Of a stretch of DNA of 31,585 nucleotides, positions 16,058 to 21,933 are shown piece after piece. Within the stretch, counting starts at the first letter, position 1; each line of letters starts with the position of its first letter. Under the pieces are notes generated by a model that had not been told where the DNA came from, ran no database searches, and was given only the letters and a program-made list of their open reading frames with translations. The DNA lies in the NCBI GenBank assembly GCA_964480775.1, contig CAYZRF010000022.1:1-31585 (forward strand), in the 5' to 3' direction. The translations under genes and the position numbers were made by a program. This DNA is from an uncultured Nitrososphaerota archaeon (GTDB taxonomy: Archaea; Korarchaeota; Korarchaeia; Korarchaeales; Korarchaeaceae).

Positions 16058-17014
16058 ATGAAAGGTAAAAGATTGCTAATAGCATTGGGAGGGAATGCGA
16101 TAAAGCAGGCCCATGAAAAGGGGACCTATGAGGAGCAGTTGAAGAACATCGATATAACGTGCAATCATATAGTGGAAATCATAAAGAGGGGTTACAGGGT
16201 TGCCGTAACTCATGGGAATGGTCCCCAGGTCGGAGCATTGTTAATTCAACAAGAGGAAGCTGCAAAACGTGTGCCACCTCAGCCAATGGATGTATGTGGT
16301 GCAATGACCCAAGGCCAAATAGGTTACATGCTACAGCAGACCCTACAGAACAAGCTCAAGAAAAGGGGGTTGAAAGTACCCGTTGCCACAGTTGTAACTC
16401 AAGTACTCGTGAACAAGGACGATCCTGACTTTCAGGATCCACACAAACCAGTAGGACCTTTCTACGATTATGAGACAGCCATGAGATACCAGAAGGAGAA
16501 AGGTTACTTCATCAGAAAGGTGAAGCCAAATGGTGAGAGACCTTACAGAAGGGTTGTCCCCTCTCCGGATCCCATTAAGACTATAGAAGCGGAGCCCATA
16601 AAGCTACTTTATGACAAAGGAGTGGTGGTAATAGCATCTGGCGGTGGAGGAATTCCTGTGATCGAGGAAGATGGGTCGCTGAAAGGCGTAGAGGCAGTAA
16701 TTGACAAAGATCTAGCAGGAGAAAGGATGGCAGAGGTTATAGGAGCGGAGATATTCATGATCCTAACGGATGTAGAGAAGGTAAAGTTGAATTACGACAA
16801 GCCAAATGAAAAGGATATTGATAGAATGACCGTGTCTGAGGCTAAGAAGTACCTTGAAGAAGGGCACTTTTTGCCAGGCAGCATGGGACCAAAAGTTAAA
16901 GCTTGCATAAGGTTCATAGAAGAAGCACATGGAGAGAAAGCAATAATTACATCATTAAACAAAGCTGTAGAGGCATTAGAAGGGAAAACAGGAACTGTAA
17001 TAGTTCCAGATTAA
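16058..17014 (+). CDS. arcC: carbamate kinase
   Basis: MKGKRLLIALGGNAI, VTHGNGPQVG, VVIASGGGGIPV, DKDLAGE and the length (about 318 aa) are typical of carbamate kinase. Start moved to ATG 16058, 9 nt downstream of GGAGGG; the track start at 15992 lies within the promoter region. Confidence 0.9.
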   Translation: MKGKRLLIALGGNAIKQAHEKGTYEEQLKNIDITCNHIVEIIKRGYRVAVTHGNGPQVGALLIQQEEAAKRVPPQPMDVCGAMTQGQIGYMLQQTLQNKLKKRGLKVPVATVVTQVLVNKDDPDFQDPHKPVGPFYDYETAMRYQKEKGYFIRKVKPNGERPYRRVVPSPDPIKTIEAEPIKLLYDKGVVVIASGGGGIPVIEEDGSLKGVEAVIDKDLAGERMAEVIGAEIFMILTDVEKVKLNYDKPNEKDIDRMTVSEAKKYLEEGHFLPGSMGPKVKACIRFIEEAHGEKAIITSLNKAVEALEGKTGTVIVPD

Positions 17015-17152
17015 TCTAAAGGTTCTAACAAAATTAAAAAGCCTCGAAGCCTGCACACATGCATTTATGAAATTAAATCCTCTATTTATAGGCTTATTTT
17101 TCCGATGTAATATGCTTCAATATTTTTAACTCCATGATCAAGGGAATCATTG

Positions 17153-18331
17153 ATGCCAGTGAAATTCCCAGTGTATTTAGATAACATGAGGGCGACAAGA
17201 GTTGACCCTCTAGTCATTGAAGAAATGGTTAAGTACATGCAGGACACCTATGCGGCTCCTGGAGGCGAGTTTGGTCATAGCATGGAGGAAGAGGCTGCAG
17301 AAGCCTTAGAAAAGGCAAGGCAGAAAATAGCTAGGAAAATAGGGGCCAAACCTGAGGAAATAGTCTTTACATCTGGTAGGGTCGAGAGTAACAACCTTGC
17401 AATCAAAGGCGTTGCCCTGGCATCTGGAAAAAAGGGGAAGGTCATTTCATCTAGGATAGAGGAAAGTTCCGTGCTGAGGAGTTTAGAAAGGCTTGGAAAG
17501 ATGGGTTTTAACCCGGTGCTGGCTCCTGTCGATTCCGAAGGCTTTATAAAGCAGGAAAACCTTTCAGAAATCCTATCTGGAGCGATTTTAGGTTCGATTC
17601 AATTTGTAAATCCTGAAATCGGAACAATTCAGGATTTAAAGGCCATAGGTGATATTTTCGAAGAAAAAGATGTCATATTTCATAGCGATGCCTCTTGGGG
17701 ATTTTGTAAGGTTGATATAGACGTTAGAAAGGTAAACGTGGACCTTCTAACGCTTTCATCAGGGCTAATTCACGGTCCTAAAGGGGTAGGTGCTCTATAC
17801 GTGAGGGAAGGTATCAAGCTCGAACCCCTATTTGATGGATCCCCTAGGGAGTTCGGTTTAAGACCTGGGATGGAAGACGTGCCAAGCATTGTTGGTTTTG
17901 CCAAGGCAATTGAACTCGTTACAGAGGAGGACATTGTCCGTATGAAGAGATTAAGGGATAAACTGATGGATCTTCTCTTGGAGATCCCAGATACAAAGCT
18001 AAATGGCCCCAGAGGGGACAGGAGGGTCTGCAATAATGTAAACGTCTCGTTCTTTGGAGTCGAAGGTGAAACGATCCTGCTAAAGGCCAGCATGAAGAAC
18101 TTGTTTGTAAACACGGGTTCGGCTTGTTACAGCAGAGAGCTTCTGCCAAGCCATGTAATACTAGCTATTGGGGGCTCATTTGAGCAGTCTCATGGTTCTG
18201 TAGCCTTGGGTCTTAGTAAGTGGACAAACGAAGAGGAGATATTTTATGCCAAAGAGGTTCTGGAGGGAATAGTAAGGGAAATGAGAAGCATCAGCCCACT
18301 TTATGGAGGTCTTGAACATGGAAATAGGTGA
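17153..18331 (+). CDS. iscS: IscS/NifS-like class-V aminotransferase-fold protein lacking the PLP-binding lysine (probably not a cysteine desulfurase)
   Basis: Collinear with IscS: YLDNMRATRVDP, FTSGRVESNNLAIKG, VNPEIG, DLLTLSSGLIHGPKGVGALYV and NTGSACYS. The residue aligned to the PLP Lys is Leu (CTA at 17765-17767). Other PLP ligands also differ; see findings. Confidence 0.8.
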   Translation: MPVKFPVYLDNMRATRVDPLVIEEMVKYMQDTYAAPGGEFGHSMEEEAAEALEKARQKIARKIGAKPEEIVFTSGRVESNNLAIKGVALASGKKGKVISSRIEESSVLRSLERLGKMGFNPVLAPVDSEGFIKQENLSEILSGAILGSIQFVNPEIGTIQDLKAIGDIFEEKDVIFHSDASWGFCKVDIDVRKVNVDLLTLSSGLIHGPKGVGALYVREGIKLEPLFDGSPREFGLRPGMEDVPSIVGFAKAIELVTEEDIVRMKRLRDKLMDLLLEIPDTKLNGPRGDRRVCNNVNVSFFGVEGETILLKASMKNLFVNTGSACYSRELLPSHVILAIGGSFEQSHGSVALGLSKWTNEEEIFYAKEVLEGIVREMRSISPLYGGLEHGNR

Positions 18332-18965
18332 TGAAGTAAAGGAACTATGGAAAAGGATAGGTTACACTGAGAAGGTGATAAACCACTTCATGAACCCAAG
18401 AAATGTGGGAGAAATGAAGGATGCCGACGTTTCCTCAACTGTTGGGAGCGTTGCCTGCGGAGACATGATAAAGATCTTCCTCAAAATAGATGAATCGGAC
18501 AGAATAGAGAATATTTCATTCCTTTCTTATGGCTGTGCATCCAACATAGCTACTACTTCTGTTATGACAGAGCTGGTGAAGGGTAAATCCCTTGAAGAGG
18601 CGAAGAAACTTACCTTTAAGGAAATCGTGGAAGAGTTAGGAGGGCTTCCTGCAATAAAGTACCACTGCGCAGCTCTTTCAATAGGCGGATTGAGAACGGC
18701 CATAGCCAAGTACGAGGTAAAGAAAGGAAGGAGACCTCTCGACAAGAACTTCGTCATGACGTTATTAAAAGGAGTACTGGATCCTATGACTGGTAGAGAC
18801 ATAGTTAGCATGGGAAAAGTGAAATCAGTTGTCATTCAGGACAAAACCATAGATATAGAGCTAGACATGCCGAAGGGAAATGAGATATCCAAAATGATAA
18901 AAATAGAGATCCTGGACGCTTTCGAAGGATTGGATATTAGCCTAAATGTGAAGTTCAAGGATTAG
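18318..18965 (+). CDS. iscU: IscU/NifU-like Fe-S scaffold fused to a C-terminal DUF59 (MIP18/FeS-assembly-P-like) domain
   Basis: The three IscU cysteine motifs are present (GSVACGD, YGCASNIATTS, KYHCAAL). The C-terminal 70 aa (LLKGVLDPMTGRDIVSMGKVKSVVIQDKTIDIELDMP) resembles DUF59. ATG 18318 has GGAGG 8 nt upstream; the track start at 18303 is also possible. Confidence 0.8.
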   Translation: MEIGDEVKELWKRIGYTEKVINHFMNPRNVGEMKDADVSSTVGSVACGDMIKIFLKIDESDRIENISFLSYGCASNIATTSVMTELVKGKSLEEAKKLTFKEIVEELGGLPAIKYHCAALSIGGLRTAIAKYEVKKGRRPLDKNFVMTLLKGVLDPMTGRDIVSMGKVKSVVIQDKTIDIELDMPKGNEISKMIKIEILDAFEGLDISLNVKFKD

Positions 18966-19252
18966 TGCTTAACCTTCGATGTTATCAAATTATAAACTTC
19001 CTCAGCTGCTTTCAAGGCCTCATTTGTGGTATCTACGCCTTTTATCATCAGTTTACCGTTTGAAAATAGGCTGAACTCCTTCCCCTTTCCCACGAAAGCT
19101 ATCATTACCCCTGAAACTAATCCAAGCCTGTAGCCAGCTTTCTCTAGTAGAGGAGCAACCTCTCTCAGATTCAGTTCCATTCTCTCGTCTGGTGTCACCT
19201 TATAGTAGTCGCCAGCAGCACAGGGCTTGACCACCTTGGGCAAGGGGATCAC
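18962..19252 (-). CDS. hypothetical small protein (possible TBP-like-fold domain)
   Basis: 96 aa with a GTG start overlapping the upstream stop (GTGA). The segment FSLFSNGKLMIKGVDTTNEALKAAEEVYNLI resembles the LIFxSGKxVxTGAKS strand-helix unit of TBP-like folds. This is a weak, memory-based match. Confidence 0.45.
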   Translation of the reverse strand: MIPLPKVVKPCAAGDYYKVTPDERMELNLREVAPLLEKAGYRLGLVSGVMIAFVGKGKEFSLFSNGKLMIKGVDTTNEALKAAEEVYNLITSKVKH

Positions 19253-19566
19253 CCTATGTACTCAGTCGATATTTCTCCCTTCTCTGCAGGTTTAGGTATC
19301 TCCTTGCTCTTTAACTCCTCATCGAGTTTCTTCAAAGTTGCGCCTAGCGCATTGTATAGAGCCTTTGCTGTTTCAGGAAGGATAACTATTTCAGCAACCA
19401 TTTGTCCCCTCAAAACGTCTACAAAGCCCAGCCTTACAACTCCTTCTTTCTTGACATCTCCGCCTCTAGATACGGCTTTTATTGAAATTCCTACCATAGC
19501 CTCATCCGCAAACACGGGAGTTATTGTAGATGGGGTTTCCCTTATCTGAATTTTCTTTCTTTGCAT
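19249..19566 (-). CDS. hypothetical small protein (possibly DUF3467-like)
   Basis: 105 aa with a protein-like composition. The pattern FADEAMVGIS...VVRLGFVDV...VAEIVILPETAKALYNALGATLKKLDEEL is reminiscent of DUF3467. It overlaps the downstream ORF by 4 nt. Confidence 0.45.
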   Translation of the reverse strand: MQRKKIQIRETPSTITPVFADEAMVGISIKAVSRGGDVKKEGVVRLGFVDVLRGQMVAEIVILPETAKALYNALGATLKKLDEELKSKEIPKPAEKGEISTEYIG

Positions 19567-19590
19567 ATCAATGCAAGTACATGTTTGGCG

Positions 19591-19598
19591 TATAAAAT
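19591..19598 (+). promoter_or_regulatory. TATA-like box (TATAAAAT)
   Basis: 46 nt upstream of ATG 19644. A GAAGGGG Shine-Dalgarno-like element lies in the predicted leader. Confidence 0.3.
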
Positions 19599-19643
19599 CC
19601 CTCTGGAGCCGAACAACCTTAAAACCTGAAGGGGTTCAAATTC

Positions 19644-19955
19644 ATGATGCCTGAAGTTGAGAAAGGTCTAGAAGAGGCTATTACTATCAGTAAGAAAGGA
19701 AAGAGAGAGTTAAGAACGATATATTCAAGGGGAAGGTTTGCTCTTCTAGAATACAGGGATCCAATAACAAAAGAAAAATCCGAAAACAAGTTTAAGCTTG
19801 TTCTTTTGCATGAAAACGGAGAGGTTGAGGAGTTCTTTATTATTCCGCTTAAACAATCAAACAGATTCCTCCTACTAAAGGAAAAGAAGGTCAAGGGTCC
19901 TAAGGTCAAGGCATGGAATCCTAAGACAGGGAAATTAGAAGAGGTCATACCATAG
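19644..19955 (+). CDS. hypothetical Lys/Glu-rich small protein
   Basis: 103 aa. Its composition matches other proteins in the window, and it ends 8 nt before the phosphoesterase gene. The competing antisense ORF 19619-20005 is Ser/Phe/Leu-rich and overlaps two plus-strand genes. Confidence 0.45.
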   Translation: MMPEVEKGLEEAITISKKGKRELRTIYSRGRFALLEYRDPITKEKSENKFKLVLLHENGEVEEFFIIPLKQSNRFLLLKEKKVKGPKVKAWNPKTGKLEEVIP

Positions 19956-19963
19956 GTGCTTAC

Positions 19964-20467
19964 ATGGATAAAGAGGTCCTGATAGGAGTCATATCGGACA
20001 CTCACATACCTACAAGAGCAAAGAAAATTCCTAAGGAGGTTCTAGATCAATTCTCAGCTGTAGATCTAATATTGCATGCTGGAGATGTTGTTACCATTGG
20101 TGTAATCAATGAACTCAGAGGTCTAGCTCCTGTCGAAGCTGTGGTCGGAAACATGGATTACCCTGATATAAGGATAGAGTTCCCAGAGTTTAAGGTATTG
20201 GAGATAAATGACAGGAGAATAGGGATAAAACACGATACGGGCTCGTACATAGGGTTGAGTGAAAACGCCAGATGGCTAGCTTCTGAGAATGAGTTGGATG
20301 TCTTAGTGTTTGGGCATACACATAAACAACTTTTGAAGAGGGAGGAGGGCAGATTTTACCTAAATCCAGGCAGTCCCACCAATCCAATTCCTCCCTTTAT
20401 AGTGAAGCCTTCTTTTGCCCTTCTTAAGATAGGAAATGAGATAGAGGCAGAAATACTAACAATCTAA
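19964..20467 (+). CDS. YfcE/MJ0936-family metallophosphoesterase
   Basis: Calcineurin-like motifs are in the expected order: ISDTHIP, HAGD, GNMD and GHTH. At 167 aa it is the typical size. Confidence 0.85.
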   Translation: MDKEVLIGVISDTHIPTRAKKIPKEVLDQFSAVDLILHAGDVVTIGVINELRGLAPVEAVVGNMDYPDIRIEFPEFKVLEINDRRIGIKHDTGSYIGLSENARWLASENELDVLVFGHTHKQLLKREEGRFYLNPGSPTNPIPPFIVKPSFALLKIGNEIEAEILTI

Positions 20468-20528
20468 CCCTTACTGATGAATTTTTTCATGGAGCAGCTT
20501 AAAGGGAAGTAGCTCGTAAGATCTAGTA

Positions 20529-21842
20529 TTGGGGACCAACTTGGATACGCTCATACTCGGTGGAACTGTAATCACGATGGACGATGAGAGGGGCATACTA
20601 AAGGAGGGCTCCGTTCTAATTAGGGACAACAAGATAAAGTTCGTTGGAAGCAGATCTGAAGGGGAGTCTTTCTCTGCCGATAAGGTCATCGATGCAAAGG
20701 GGAAGTACGTCCTCCCAGGGTTCATCAACATGCACTGCCACATGTTTCAGGTTCTTCTTAGGACAGTTGGGGCTGATATGATACTCCTTGATTGCCTAAA
20801 AACGGCGATTTGGCCCATTGTGCCCAAGATGAGTTATGAGGACGTTTACAATGGAGCAATGCTAGCCATTGCTGAGAACATCAAGAGCGGTGTAACCACC
20901 ACAATGGAGATGCACTACGGCAACCCCCACTTTGAGGCAGTCCTGAAGGCGTTTGAGGACACCAAAATAAGGGGCTTCCTATCCAGGGGTTTTTATGAAA
21001 TTAAGGCATATGAATCCCTTCGGGAGAAGGCTGAGGATGTTTTGGATGACTTAAAGCGCTTGATGGAGAAGTACGATAACGTCATGCCAGGTCCGATGCA
21101 CCCTTGTTTTGTCTCAAACGACCTGCTTGTGGCAACAAAAGAGCTTGCAGACAAGTTTGGTAGGAACTATTATACGCATCTTGCTGAAAGCGAACCAGAC
21201 GTGCAGCTTCTCGTGAAAAGAGAGGGAAAGAGGGATGCAGAACTCCTTTATGACTTGGGCATACTTGACGAGAAGTTCATAGGGGTTCATGCGTGCAAGT
21301 TAAACGATAAGGAGATCTCATATCTAGGAGAAACCAGATCTAACACCGTCCACTGCCCTACAAGCAATATGTACATAGCAGATGGCGTTTCTCCCGTAAT
21401 AGAACTTGCTAATAAGGGAGTAAACGTTTGTTTGGCCACAGATGGACCTGCAAGCACTGGAAGGCAGGATTTCTTCAGTGAAATGAAGACTGCCGCCCTT
21501 CTTCACAAGGTGCACCACGAAGATCCCGCTATTATAACAGCTAAAGATGTGCTAAAAATGGCTACAGTTAACGGAGCAAAGGCTCTAGGAATTAAAGCTG
21601 GAGTGATAAAGGAGGGATATCTGGCAGATTTGAACATATTAGACATGTGGAAAGTGCATACTGTGCACTCCTACGACCCAATAGGGGCTGTGGTTTACTC
21701 CGCTACTCCAGAAAATGTGGATACCGTGATCGTAAACGGAAGGATTCTAATGGAAAGACGCCGTCTTAGACTGTTAGATGAAAACGAAGTTTTGAAGAAG
21801 GGTTGTGAGACAGCTAAGAGATTACTCTCTTTGAAAGGATGA
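20529..21842 (+). CDS. amidohydrolase-superfamily nucleobase/nucleoside deaminase (COG0402 type; MtaD/SsnA/guanine-deaminase-like)
   Basis: PGFINMHCH (HxH metal site), HLAES, HCPTSN, ATDG and YLADLNILD form the classic TIM-barrel amidohydrolase pattern. TTG start. Confidence 0.8.
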   Translation: MGTNLDTLILGGTVITMDDERGILKEGSVLIRDNKIKFVGSRSEGESFSADKVIDAKGKYVLPGFINMHCHMFQVLLRTVGADMILLDCLKTAIWPIVPKMSYEDVYNGAMLAIAENIKSGVTTTMEMHYGNPHFEAVLKAFEDTKIRGFLSRGFYEIKAYESLREKAEDVLDDLKRLMEKYDNVMPGPMHPCFVSNDLLVATKELADKFGRNYYTHLAESEPDVQLLVKREGKRDAELLYDLGILDEKFIGVHACKLNDKEISYLGETRSNTVHCPTSNMYIADGVSPVIELANKGVNVCLATDGPASTGRQDFFSEMKTAALLHKVHHEDPAIITAKDVLKMATVNGAKALGIKAGVIKEGYLADLNILDMWKVHTVHSYDPIGAVVYSATPENVDTVIVNGRILMERRRLRLLDENEVLKKGCETAKRLLSLKG

Positions 21843-21933
21843 AAATAAATGATCTTACAAATTTTTCGTGACAGACAAACTGTCTCAGTTAAAAGATAAA
21901 CTTTTAATTATCAATTCGCCGTTTGCGGAATAG

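Noticed and set aside
18962-19566. Toxin-antitoxin interpretation of the overlapping 105-aa/96-aa pair.
   Set aside because: I saw no recognisable toxin fold (PIN, RelE, HEPN, MNT and similar) and no antitoxin DNA-binding motif (RHH, HTH, AbrB). Size and overlap alone are insufficient.
19619-20005. 128-aa minus-strand ORF spanning the 103-aa gene and the start of the phosphoesterase gene.
   Set aside because: It overlaps two co-oriented plus-strand genes, one with unambiguous metallophosphoesterase motifs, and its composition is Ser/Phe/Leu-rich.
21868-21886. Short hairpin GACAG-ACAAA-CTGTC between the amidohydrolase and leuS genes, considered as a terminator or regulatory element.
   Set aside because: The stem is only 5 bp and there is no adjoining T-tract on the relevant side, so it is compatible with chance.
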